64,000 nucleotides of DNA from Lytechinus pictus (taxonomy: Eukaryota): positions 19,904,001 to 19,968,000 of the forward strand of contig NC_087251.1 of assembly GCF_037042905.1 (NCBI RefSeq), in the 5' to 3' direction. Shown piece by piece: positions 25,901 through 39,786 of this stretch; the stretch's first letter is position 1; every line of letters begins with the position of its first letter. The position numbers and the translations under genes are program-made. Below the pieces are notes generated by a model. That model searched no databases. It was not told the origin of the DNA and saw only the letters and a program-made list of their open reading frames with translations.

Positions 25901-28900
25901 TAACACGGCGAAGATATCGCTTTTTAATCCGCTGGAAATTGAAAAACAAATGTATTTTAAAACATACCTTTTATGACCTTAGGAATATTAATACTAACAA
26001 CGTTAAGTAAAGAAAAAAAGTTTTGTGGACTTACTCTTACTGAATTCCCATTTCTGTTTCGCTTTTTTTTTCTGCGTTAATCTCGGCGTTCTCTTACACT
26101 TTCTCGGGGGCTCTTTCTGAAGACTCTCCTAATGACGATTAAGCAATGATGGTTGGCAAATCTGCCTTGGAGCTTCGCCTCAATCTGTCGCCCCCTTCTC
26201 TCTTAATATCCTTCACTTTTCCTTCGGGGTCTGATCGATTTAGCTAAGAGAGATGGAGAAACGAAGAAAGGCAGCGATAATAGTTTGGTCGCATGATCCC
26301 TTCTCCTATAAAAACACCTACGGGTAGCTCTCCCTGCCACCCTTTCTTTCGGCGATATCCCCTGACCCCGGCAGGGTGAAAGTTGCAAGGGGAAAGCCCG
26401 TGCGAGCGGTGTGCCATGACAATATCGCATCCACACAAAAACACCCCGCTAAAAAGAACCTATACTTTTCTCTGAAATCTTTATTTTTCTTTTCTTTCAA
26501 TTTTCTTCTCTTTTTTCATAGTATTCGTTTTCATTAAACTTACCAGGCAGAAGTTTCTTTAGCAGTTTATATTGAAAAGGTTTCGTTGAACCTGAGAAGG
26601 GTGGAGAGGCGATAACTTAAGGATTTGCTAGGGTTCTCGAGTGTCGATTTTAGTGAAAGCGGCTTCAAAATTGACGCAGTCGATCAAAATTTGAAAGCCA
26701 AGGATTAAATGAACGATCATCTGCAACGTACTCTGGCAGTAGACCACCTAACCTACAGCATAACATGCCCAAAAGATGATGTGGACCAAAATACAACCAA
26801 AATCAGATAGATCGGTAGGTCATGGCATTTACCGAGTCATGTCCCTGTCAGGAAACTCGCTGAATATTTTGATTTTTATTCCTATGAAATGACTTTTTCA
26901 TTAGAAATTTTAGCAGCATATCAATGTTGTTGTATTTATTTTTCTCCGTATTTCAGGGGAACACTTGAAAAGCTTATCTAATTATGTACTAAACAAAAAT
27001 TTTCATCGCCGTGAAAAGTAATTGTTTTATTTAAAAGTGTATAACAACTTTATTATCTAATGCACAGTCGATCTTTCTCATAACTGGTTGTGAAATTTTT
27101 GTTATTTATAAATCAAATTCAAATTATAAATACTGAAAATACCTTATTTATGCATTGCTTTGATTGCTCGCAAAATGCTTTGAATTGAAGGTCAATCACC
27201 TTTTCCCAAGGATATCATGATATTTTGACATGCCAACCGAATTTCCAACCGAATCACTGCTGATTATTGATCTTCCCAACTTCCCATAATGTAACTACAT
27301 CATCCATAAGACAATAAAGATTATAGTTATGCATATATTATATACCGTAGATATAAAATAATAAAAAATAAATAAATTGCACACCAAGAAATAAATCAGA
27401 TTTACGATGAAAAATATAAAAGAGATTTGCGATGAAGAATTAATACATCTTACCCCATGAAAAATAGAAATGGATTTAGGTAAAACTTTTGAAATGTTTC
27501 AGTTGAAATGCAAGAGACAAATCTACTTAAAAATAATAACTGGTCTATAATAAGTGTCTAAGCATATTTCACAATTAAATAATAATATTCGAGCTTTATA
27601 GCATCAAACCTTTGCCTTTCTATTGGCTTAACCATGTGTCAATATGAGATCAAAATCCCCGCATATGAGAACGATTTTAGATTTTTTTTTTGGTTTTCAT
27701 CATTTTAACAAAAAGTCAAAAGCAAAATAAAAAGTATGAACCACACTTTCTATTTGTTTCTTTGTTTGTAGTTATACAAGGTTTATTCTTTTCATAAGGG
27801 CCTCATAAACATTTTCAAAAAGCATATGGAATAAGTTTAAGAAAACTGAGATACGAACGGCGAACTTTGACATTTAACGATGTTATGTATAACAAAATGT
27901 GTATATTCACATAATTTTAATGAATTGTAATAATGATTAGGTTAACAATAAATAATCTTTTTACATCAATTATATGAATACGAAATAGTTAGTTTTCTAT
28001 AATTTGATTATAGCTTTCTTTGACGTCAGATGAAAATTTGATTAAATCATTGGAGTTAACTTATCGAAATATTTTCAAAACAAAAGAAAATTGATGAAAT
28101 TGTGTAACTATGTATATCTAATTTTTAAAAATCAAATTTTTTACGAAAATATATTTATAATACTTCAACATTTATTACACAGCTATGTATTTTCCTATTT
28201 ATCAATTTATGATTAAACTTATTTGTTTTCCATCCTCGGGAGCAGATTCATCGTCAAATCCCAAGATGACGTCAAGTGATGAATAACATTCAAATATTAT
28301 ATCAAAATAGAATATGATTATTATTAATGTATAGTGAATTAATAATTGTAAATGGCTGAAAATCCACTCACAAAAGAGCAAAATCTCCACTAGTTCAACA
28401 TGTTCATGGATTTAAATGGAGGACAACCCTCCTTTTCGAGTGAAAATGAAAGAGTGAGTACAATTTAACTTGGAAAATATGGTGACACCTCTCCCATTAA
28501 GTGTAAAATGTTACCAATCATTGAGAAAGAGTGGGATTATCTCAATCATAGAGTTATCATGGTCATTGGTATGCAATACTATCACGTTTCGTTAACCAGT
28601 GTTTTTTTAAGAAAGAGGTGTACAATAGAAAAAGGGTCTGAAAAAGTATGTTAACCTCCTATGTGAGCTTTTCATTAAAACACACATAGGGAGCAAAGAT
28701 GGATGCTCATGTGGAAATATTTACCAGGGGTAAATATATTCACCCCGCTTTTTCCACGTGGTATTATTTCAGATTTTATAGATAATTGTGGTGTCCTTTT
28801 TCGGTTTTATATTTTGAATTGATGTTGAAAGTTCAATGAAAATAAAGTTTCAAGAGAAATCAAATACAAGGTGACCGTCATACCTCATCGCAAAATTATT

Positions 28901-31900
28901 CAAATGTAATACAACTGTTTGGTTATTCAATTTTATACAGTGATGTCGACTTGAGACATGGATTATCTAAGTACAAATGTGTAATTTGGTGTGTTCTGTG
29001 AAGTACAAAAAGATACCCAATCATCATGGACAGATTTTAAAATAATTTTCACTTTCGACGTGAAATGAAATAAATACACATCTTGAGTAAATTTAAAAAT
29101 AATGTTCGCTTTAGACGTGAAATGAATACACATTAGTAATGTTAGTACAACATACGGTAGATAAGACTATTAGGAAATGTTTGATAAATGGTCACAGCTG
29201 TGTACGGGATGTTTTTTGATAAATATTGAACCAATCGATGAGAACCTCCCTAACCAGCACCCCACCCCCTCGATTGTATAAGTACTCTACAAGCATAGAG
29301 CGTGATAACTAAATAATACGCAAATTAATGATTGGCTTTGCTTGTAAAAGAAATATCCCAAGTTAATACAAAATGTGTACAGAGGAATAATTTGGCAACT
29401 AATACACAAAATTATTGCACCTAAATTTCTAAATATTATGTGTCAAATAATTTATTCCTCTTGGTACCGTGTAGTTATTATTGTATACTTATTAACATTT
29501 ATATTAATAATTTAGAATCATTGTATAACTAAACGATGGTGAATAGTAACATTTTAACAAAAATTGATTTTTTACTAGTTGTACTGATTTTAAGTGTCGA
29601 AGAAATTATATCTGATAAACGTTTTGATTTTATTTAATCATTTCAATATTAAAAGAATAATTTGTTGTCATTAACGAACTTTTTTGTAATTGATTACAAA
29701 TTACATGGATGGAACGACTGGAATAAATTATTCCCTCAAAATGGTACGTTGTGTGGCCTCAAACGAGTCGAACATTATGATTCATATCGACAGTTTCGCC
29801 GAGGATACGCTAAATATACAATACTATTCGCAGCGCAATGTTTGCTCCTGTTATGACAATTGAATATGACAATTCTTATTTTACGTTTGCAAGTGTGAAG
29901 GAGCAATAACACCACGTAAATTTGCTAAGAGCAATGTTTGAGAATATTTGGGTTTGGAACGTTTGTGTACTTGGCATAGATATTTAGACAAACATAGGTC
30001 ATAGTGGCTTCTAGCTGATATAGGTGCGGTATGAGTGTGGTGTCTCCTTGTTCTCAATACATCGACCTAGTTGCCTACATTGACCCAAATAGGCTGGATA
30101 ACGATTCTTGCAGTAATTATGGGGTGTGTCAGAGGGGAAAACTCAGCTCTACACGACTAGAGAGTTTCTACCATTCTGTATCACCAGATATCACCCGACG
30201 TCATAAGAGTATAGAAAAACGGGCTTTCAATTTGCGTTAGGATGCTTTGCGATTGATGAGAATAGAAAGTCTTCATTCTTTCATTACGCCGATTTCTTTC
30301 TGGCTATGAAAAAAATGAGAAAATGAAGACTATCCCTCCAAGCTGGTTCCCCAGTCTCATTTTGAAAAGGGGAAGGTGAGATATTGGGAAGGAGATGGCG
30401 TGCAGACATTGGGGTCCCTGAAGTTAGATGGACGAGGGTAACTATCTTGACGCTCAGCAGGATAAGGCGTCAAACACAGGTTACGTGATCCCCCACCTGG
30501 GTCGCTTCAACCTCCTGTTTCCATCCCCCTCCTTCCGCCGCCCTGGCCCAATTTCTTAAATTGATGACCTAAATAATTGACCAACCATTAGCCTCTTTAT
30601 GTTCGGGGGGTCTCATCTCTTCCTCATGAGTGTTTTTGTTTACTACACCTGTTTTTGTCCGGCCTAATTGTGCACGGAATGGATTCGGTGTTTCGGGCTC
30701 GGGTCGTCTGGTTTTCGTCATCGACTCCCTCTCGAGCCCTGACGGGGGCGCCCTATCGCTTCAAACAGCCATCGACGAGCGGCAACCTGATAGGTCAATA
30801 GTTTAGTGATACGCGCTCTCCAACCAAACTTTCTTTTTTAAAGCAGGCTTAGTCTCCCCTCTCTCACCATTGACAACCAATCCCTTACTTTTAGTCACAA
30901 CGTTGTATTATACAAACTGCCATTGGTAGAGGGAAAGTGAGGAATGGCTCAGAATTAGTTTTTTTCTATCTGATTTATATAATTTTAAGGATGACATTCG
31001 GATGGGTAAGAACAGAATAGAGGGGGGGGGGACATGGACGAAAATGGAGAGATGAGAAAAGAGAGAGCGAGTCCAGTAATGGGATATGATTAATGGTTAT
31101 TTTGCAAAGCGATGTGTGTCTCTGTCTGCGTCCCGTGCAGTGGGCATCGGATGTCACTTCCACAGCAACTGCGAGAAATTCGATAGAGCTCGCTGGCTAC
31201 AGAAATAGCAATCTCAAATTAGCACAAGCCTGGGCCAATCAATGCGAAGATCCCTTTAATATGAGGCAAGTAGACGAAGGTAATGCCTTGATGAACAGCC
31301 ACCGTCTTCAGATGCAAAACGGGCCAATTCCCCCAGGAGGATCGAATTGCCTGATGAATAATCGTTGGGGGGTTTTAGCCACTAGCTGGGTCTGCTGTGG
31401 CTTGCCAACACACTCTACCTCAACATGGCCGTAAGAGAATTAACAAGAAGACGATAAAACGTAAAAAGACGCAAGAGTGATTTCCCCCTCAAAATTACTA
31501 CGAAGATTCTGGTTTCAAATCGTCATCGCTCTGTGCGCTGTTTAATTAAGTATTCACTTGGCCTTAACTCGTTATGTCCATACACCTTTGCTTGCTGTGA
31601 TGTTCACGCTTTCCCTGGCGAGAACAACTCTGTTATCTGAAATTAATTTATTTCAAGTCTACATTATGATGCTAAAAATCGATAAACACATGATGAGTTG
31701 ATTCTTGAATTGCAAGACTTTTACTACGCAATGAACCGACTTCAGAATTAAAGCCAGTCACCATAGTGCAACACTTTTTTAGTGTATGATTAAGATATTT
31801 GTAAGAGGGGACAGATATGAGAAACAAACCACGAGTAGGAACGCTCTTTGAAACCGTGTTGTGATTTGGTTACGGGGGTGACCACTTTACTCTTTGGTGT

Positions 31901-34900
31901 CTTCATGTTACATCATGCGGTGTGCAAGAAAGCATGATATCCACTGCTAGGTTATTGAGACAAAGAGAAAAGAATCGTCTCCGCTCATCATCTCTGTTTC
32001 AATGAGCACACCAAATACCCCGAAGACAGATCCGTTGCTCCTTATCCATATCTCGTATTGGTTGGCGGGAAGGCTTGGTTTAACTGGGTGCAGGTGTCGC
32101 CCAAGCCCAGTTTTGATCCATTTTCCCCATCAACATGATACAACATGAAATACAGATGGTCGCTATCAGATCATTATTCGACGGAGAGGAGAGGATCGCC
32201 GTCGTTTATGCTTCCCAATGAGTATTTATTTTCGATTCTTTCATTCACATGTCATGCAAATCCCGTATCGTGCACAAACGAGGCGGAAAGACTGGTAACT
32301 GAGATAATTAATAGATATCACATCACTCCGACGTGCTATGCCTTAATGAAAACACGTGAGCATATCCCCTCTATCACACCGTATACCCGACGTAAAAGCT
32401 GTAAAAGTTAGCCAACACCGGAGCCATATTATCCGTAACATAAGAGGGTTTAATTAAAGGTATGACGGATTCTGATGCCTTTATTGACAACCAAGTGTCA
32501 TTGATAACGGGTTATATATTATCAGGCACGTGGCACCAACTCCTGATATCTCTCATCAGTTTAATTCATCATGACCTACATTTATCACATGACCTTTAAA
32601 GGTGTTAATATATCTAATCGAAGGTCAAGTGAAGCTAAGCAGTACTGGTTCCCAAAGAGTTGTGTCACTACACGTTTAGAGATACACATCATCATATATA
32701 CATCGATGACCTAAATTAAGCTAATGATAACATTGATCTGCTTCGTATCTACAATTTGCAAAATATTTTAGCAGATTCAATCGTCTTACTACAGGATCAT
32801 TATGAAATACCTAAGACATGATATTTTTCGTTTCTATAATAAAAGAAAGCATACATGCATACGTTGAAATAATCAAAATTGTCATTATAAAATATGGATT
32901 GCATACTGATGTGAGCCTTCCTAAATCATAATTCATATTAAAAACAGTAGAATATGAATTGATATGTTATAAAGGTAGTGATGAAAAGCGACCTTCTCCG
33001 CCCTTCATCAAAAATGTTCATCCAACCATATATGGCAACGGCTGAAACATTCCCTAGGAAACATACACTGGCTTTCTTTTCATATTCAGATATTATACGT
33101 TGACCAGTGAACGAGTACTTACAGCATTTTTAAATGAATTGGCAACCCCCGCCAAAAGATAATCATGATGAATATCATGAATGAATAAAAAATTATGAAA
33201 ATAATAATGAATGAAATCAAATCAAATCTTTTTATAAATGAATAACTAATAAAGAAAAAAACGAAAAGAAAAAAGCAATCAATTGTTTGATCAAACCATA
33301 AATAAACCATTGAATATTTTGATTTTGAAAAATTTAAATAGCATAGACAAATTTGAAATAAATAAATCTATGATAATAATGATAAATAAATGATTAAATA
33401 ATAAATCGATTAATCAATCAATTAATATAGAAGTCAATTGATTAATCAACTGATTAATATATCAAGAGACAAATTTGAATAAATAAATAAATGAACGAAA
33501 TTCCAACGATCGAAAGCCCATTATCATAAAATAGAAGCAAAACATCCTGGAAAATAATGACGTCATATCTACCTTAGATAGCAACCGTCCAGTCTACTAA
33601 ATATCGCAGAAAGGTTTTGATGTATATCTAACGCTCATTTTTAGTTGATGTCTGAAGTGATACAAATCACATTCTCCCCCAAACATCCACCCACCCCACT
33701 CCACCTTACATCAACCCACCCCACATCCTCACACAACTGAATGTATAAGTAATATCATAGTAAGAGGGATTCATGTTAGCTGCTTATGAGGACTTAACAG
33801 CCTAATGTAAGGTTAGATAATGGACTTTCAGACCTTTTCACCTGTTCTTTATTGCTCTATCCTATATTTTTTGTATTAGATATGCGATCGTATATACATT
33901 AGTTGAAGGGTATGATACCACTCTCGCCACCAACAACATACATGTAGGTCTGTATTTAATTAATACAGTGTCATTTTCATCATTGCAACAAAGACAAAAT
34001 TAGATTTTGTGTAGTCTGGTTAGTCCTTTTCGGGACCAATCACAATAATGTTCAATAAAGATACATTGTTACCGTTAAGCCTCTTCGTCTATATGTGCTT
34101 TCATTTTCATTTTATTCATGATTATACAATATCGTGTAATGTGCATTTTAGAGTTGAAAAAATAATGTGATTACAGGAATGATAATTAAAAGCTTCAACA
34201 TGTCACTTAGTTTTTTTAATGCTTACAAATTTAATTGAACATCAGAAATCTAAATGGCACCTATCTGCAATTTTTAATCGAACGTATGTAGAAGTCAGCA
34301 ACTAACCTCTGGTGTTTATTCTTGAAAACTTTTTTTTCAAAAGATTTCGTGGCTACCATTAGAGAGAGATAGAGATAGAGAAAAAATGTGGAATGTAGGT
34401 GCTTGTTGCTTCTGTTAGATCGATCAAACACACAGCCTGTTTACTTCTCTGTCTCTCAATATCCCGACCATGTTCCTCCGTTGATTAAAATATCTCACAA
34501 AATGATATCTTTCTTGAGAACAATCTTCTGGTCCCAGAAGTCATTTCACTCTTACGGCCATCCGCACCAACAATCTCCTTTGACTCCCACCAAGCGGGGG
34601 GATTTCACCCTGGTTTGTAAACAAGGGACCTTCGTCAACCGCGCCGTGTTTGACCACGGTGTACGATTACGGCCAAAACACGATGGGGACGTCGCGTTGA
34701 TGGATGACTATTATACATCATCCAATGATTCCATCAATGCCGACATGACTTTTGTTTCAAGGGAGAAGTCAAGAAAAGGTATGATGAAGGTTTGTAGGTT
34801 TCTATCTCGAGGGTCGTTAGAGAGATAAAACGAAAACTGGGTTTTATAATCGTTAGGTCGAAAGAGAAAGCTTGGATTTCAAAATATCTTAGATTACAAG

Positions 34901-37774
34901 AACTAATTGAAATTTTTATGAAAGTATCATCTATTAAGACAGATTACTTTCCGTTATTATATTTGAATTTGTTTTCTAAGTAGACCTTTAAATGTAATTA
35001 ATTTGTAACTTCTGAATATGGTTAAAGCATGAGAAAAAATCTTCAAGATTGAAATGAAGGTTTTGTTTAATCAACCAAAATGGATTGGTTTGTTTATAAA
35101 CCAACCTAATGATTCTCAGAGAATGTGTCATTGAGTTCGATTATGATAACAGCCCATTGCCATGATTACGCTTGATTTTCGGGCTTACGCTGAATTTGTA
35201 ATTGAGAGTAAGTTTTAATAGAATCCAATAGAGTCAAGTGTTTTGTTACTTGCATGTGTTCTATGTCTTGCTGTAATGTATGACGTAGAGGTAGTTGAAA
35301 ATAACTAGATTAAAAGTTAGTTGGTACAACTGATATGTCTCATAAAAAAGTCCCGATCGAGGAAAGCGAGCAAGCAAAAAATAATTATGATACATTTTAC
35401 ATGATGGTTTCAGAAAATAACATATAATTTCTGCCCCTTTTTCATTTTCTTTATTTTTTTTAAACTCCCACTTCCCTGCTTTAAGAACGTTCTGCATGTC
35501 TGTCGATAAGAAGTGAGTTGTGCAAAGTCATGGTGAAATTTCGGGATTTTCCTCCGAACTCTTTCCCCGTCTCCCCGTCCACCGCGGCTCCATTTCTCTT
35601 CGCACTTCCGCGCACATTGCAAGACTTTCTCTTCTGATCAACTTACACCACTCGCATTCCTAAATTGGCCTCAATACATAATGTAGCACCTACATCTCAC
35701 TCTACCTTCACTACAAAAACTCTCCACAGAGGGGGCTTGTTTGTGACTCCTTTTCCGATGATAGTGAGTCAGTAGATAAACCTTTTGGTACAATTCTCCA
35801 AATTTAGATATACCATATCGCGATGACTGCCAACTGTGTATTAGGGAGAGAAGGGGAAAGGAGAGCGGAATAGGTGGCTGTTTACAATAAATATAGTGTT
35901 CTCATCATAATTCTAATATTTGGTTGTCCGTTATTTGATATTACACCGGAGTCCCAAATATGACACTAACGAGAAAGGGGGAAGAAAGAGCTCGGATCGA
36001 TGATAGATGCGGGGTCGCCATGAGAATCTCCTATATATCTTTTGTTGAGAGTGAGTAAACACATTTAGCAGTGAGAATCATGCGAGAAAAAGTCAAACAT
36101 TTACTTAAGTTTGGCTGCAGACGAATGCCTTCAAAATATATGTGTAAGGAAAATCGGCATTTGCGCTTTTAAACAGAAAATATATATGGTAAAGGGGAAG
36201 GGGAAATCTGGAGCCCTTTTGAAGCTCACGCATAGAGGAAACGACTAAATGGATTCGTGTTTGATTCTTTATATTATTCCACCAGAAACGCTCTGATCGA
36301 AGAAAACTTGATTTATCGGGTTATGATGACGAACTGGTTAGCCCCTGCTAAATTCTAGGGCTCCGTTTATACGGCAATTATGATTGGAAAGGTATAACGA
36401 TGTATCAACATTGAGTGTTCCTGCTTGGTTGGTGTTTATACAGCGGTGTCGCTTGCTAAGACAAACACAGGAAGAAATCGTTGAAAATCTTTGTATCGCA
36501 TCATTTTTGGAAAGGAAACGGGGTAATATCTCACGTTTCGCGAAATTTTTCATGCAGGAGAGCTAATGTATCAGACTTTCCGTCAATAATTCAAAAAGTG
36601 CGAGAAGGGAAAACAAATTTACGTGGTTCTTTGTCCATTATTTAGTTTAGATAAACGCATATTCTTTGATGGTCAAAAAAATAAAAGTGATTGTTGATTT
36701 GGTTAAAAGCACCTTGTTGACATAAAAGTTTATAACAACCCTCCAAAATTCAATATAGTAAACATTCCCAGTGTTTGTAATGCAATTAAAGAATGGTGAC
36801 CTCACTCGCATCATGACCCACTTCAATTTAAAAACCACATTATTATTTTCTTTGTTCAAATACATTTTCAACATTATATGTTTTCTCAATTAGTAAGGAC
36901 TGGGCATTTAGTGGGTAGGAGCTGCTCTGTGACCTCTTCCAGAATTTCATAATGATTTTCTAAACTTAATTAAGACATGTTATGATTCGTCTCACTTAGA
37001 TCAGGTGGGTTCAAAACATAACTATATCCGCAAACACTGCAAATTAATTTTGGGGACAATTCAAATTCTAGCCTAGGTATCTCTACACTGGCGCAATGAC
37101 AAAGTGCCCATGTAGTGGGACAAAGACAAAACAGAGGGGCCAACCTCCCCATCCAGGTGATTGGCTAGCCACCTGATCAGTTGCCCAGTTATTTTTCAAC
37201 TGTACTCCTCTTGCCTTTTGTAAGTGAATCAGGAAAGGAGGAGAATAGGAAGGTGTCCTACCCCCTCCCCACTCCCCTGCTCCGATGTAAAGTATCATGG
37301 CACCTCTTCACATGTCTTCATGCTCTCTATCATGAGTCGCCAGAAAAGAATATAAAGAGATGGGAAGGAGTGCTGCCCTAACCCCCACGCTAAAATGCCA
37401 GCTCGGGAGTGAGAAGGAACTGGGATAGGTGCCCCCACCCCTTTTCCAATACTAAGTATTGTGGCAACCCTTCTCGCATTATCAGTGAGTGGTGATTTAG
37501 TACTTTGCTCTGATAATCATGATAATCATGCTTTTTTTACGAGACTTCAGCAAGAAATATTGACTGGGGGGGGTGAGTCCCTGCCTCAATGTCATGACTC
37601 TATCGTGTCAGCTCTCCGTGCTTTCTATCGATGGGTCACGCTTGACGGTCGGCAGTCATTGACTGTCTCCAAGATAACTCAACAACCACTCATGAATCCC
37701 AAACGGTCATCGTTATTCTGCTGAAAACCATCGTGTCACGGCTGAAAATATACCTTTCCCGCGCTGTTTCCCTC

Positions 37775-37857
37775 ACCCCCCCCCCCCCCACTCTCTCTCT
37801 CTCTCTCTCTTTCTTTCTCTGTTACCATTATACATACACACACACACACACACTCAC

Positions 37858-37911
<54 letters not shown>

Positions 37912-37912
37912 G
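37775..37912. repeat. Compound (C)n-(CT)n-(CA)n-(TA)n microsatellite
   Basis: Seen directly. Confidence 0.9.
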
Positions 37913-39559
37913 TGAAGAACCCTGATCACCAATTTCCGCCGACGGTGTTAAATCTAACAGCATGAAAAATAATACAAAAAAAACATACCTCCATACTCAA
38001 ATATATCAACTGTTATGAAAGGATAAGCGTTCTTAATAATAATGATAATGACTCATGATATTTCATAAATGTTTAATAGTATAGACTTACAATAGTTACA
38101 TTAGTTTATTTCGATTTCATGCTTCCCATGTTCTGATTTCGGAGTGGCAAACAAAAGGCGTTCTCATCTAAGGATATCAAATTTCATCCCGTTTGCAGTC
38201 ATGCGTTAAGACAGTATACCGCATCTGTATTTTCAATTTGCAGACAAGCGGAAAACTGTCGAATCTCCGATTAGACCATTTTCAAATTATGGTTTGCATT
38301 TGTACGGCTGCGAGGGGTCCATAATTTAAGGTGGGGACATTGTTTCATAATTTTTTCCCTTTTGTCCAGAAAATATTAGCTTGAATGTATGATTCCCAAC
38401 AATTTTGTTTTATCGAAGGTCCAATGGAGCAACTCGAAATCCCTATTCGATCTTGTTTCTCGTTGTGTTTCTTGTTTACAAAAAAAACTCGTTTGTGTGG
38501 TGATGATTTTTCATCTGACTGCAATTTTATTACACATTCCCCATAATAACTTCAAATGTTGATGCATGACTAAACTGTGTTTCTTCACTCAAAAAATAAC
38601 TCAGTCATATATAACCACGTCGCAGTCATCTAATGACTTTACGCCTGTTTTTTGGGGGTCATATTTCGTCCCCGAAAGTACAAGGTGATAAAGGTGTTAC
38701 TGTTATCAAACAAATTTGCTTAACCCTTCTTTTTGCTTACGAGGGCGTAATTATTTGGGCTTTTTTGTATTTACAGAATATAATACTCTTTCACCTATCA
38801 CGGTCCCCCATCCACTTGCATCTCGCTCCATATTGGATCCACCTCAATCCAAACGATGTACTTTATCTATGAACATGTTTTTTTATAAATATATTACTGG
38901 TTCTTGCAAAGGGTGATGTTTCCAAAACTATAAAGTCCGACATGAAATTCCATCCATATTCACCTTTCTGGTATGTAATCACAAGTCATGTCACTCATTT
39001 TCTTCTTTATATTCTCCTAATACTTGGACTGAACTCATAATATGATATTGATTTTTAAATGTAAACCATTGTTCCTACTCTTGTGAAAAAAAAAGATAAT
39101 TAATGAAAATGAAGTGCCATCTGGGGCATTTGCCCCTCTCTAGATACGCCACTTTCTATCCCACTTCTTCCCCCGCCTCCTCTTTCGCAATCTCCTTCAC
39201 TATCCTTTCATCATTTCTTCTAAAGCCGCTGTGCCATCTTTCATCAAGGACACTTTGTCGGTAGTGCCGACCGCGGGAGCGATGGGCGGGGCTGTCGAGA
39301 GATTGCCGCTGCCGTCTCAGGTCGTCACATCTCATGAAGACGGGAATAGACGACAAAACGAAGAAGAATGGTAAAGCCATCATGATGGTGATGCAGGGTG
39401 GGGTTGGAAGGGGGGATAATGACAGAGACTGGTAGGTATGGAGGTTTGATGGTGTATCGCTTTTGACATCGTGTAATTTGATCTGGATAATGAATCACCG
39501 GTCAGTGACGGTCTGCGTATGGAATGAGTAATAATTGCAGGTTGCTTCACAATACTCTC

Positions 39560-39718
39560 CATCTTTTCCTTTCTCTCTCCCCCTCTCTATTTTTCTTCTC
39601 TCTCCCTCTCTCTCTTCTCTCTCCCCCTCTCTTTCTCACCTTCTTTCTACATATCTTTCTCATTCCCATCTTGTCATGCTCTGACTTCCCCCCCCCCGCT
39701 CTCTATACCCCCTCTCTC

Positions 39719-39758
<40 letters not shown>

Positions 39759-39786
39759 CCACACACACCATCACACACACACTCTC
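39560..39786. repeat. Polypyrimidine (CT)-rich tract followed by (CA)n
   Basis: Seen directly; similar tracts at ~8940-9090, ~13380-13550 (purine strand) and ~59800-59900. Confidence 0.8.

Noticed and set aside
30735..30755. CTCF-like sequence ccctgacgggggcgcc (and tagaggtggcgg near 20603)
   Set aside because: Only the 3' half matches the CTCF consensus; too weak without a PWM scan or ChIP data.
31093..31434. 113-aa ORF in the GC-elevated block
   Set aside because: No recognisable domain; the length is compatible with chance in GC-richer DNA.
34388..34828. 146-aa ORF
   Set aside because: Non-ATG start, no recognisable motif and no convincing splice context; more likely a non-coding block.
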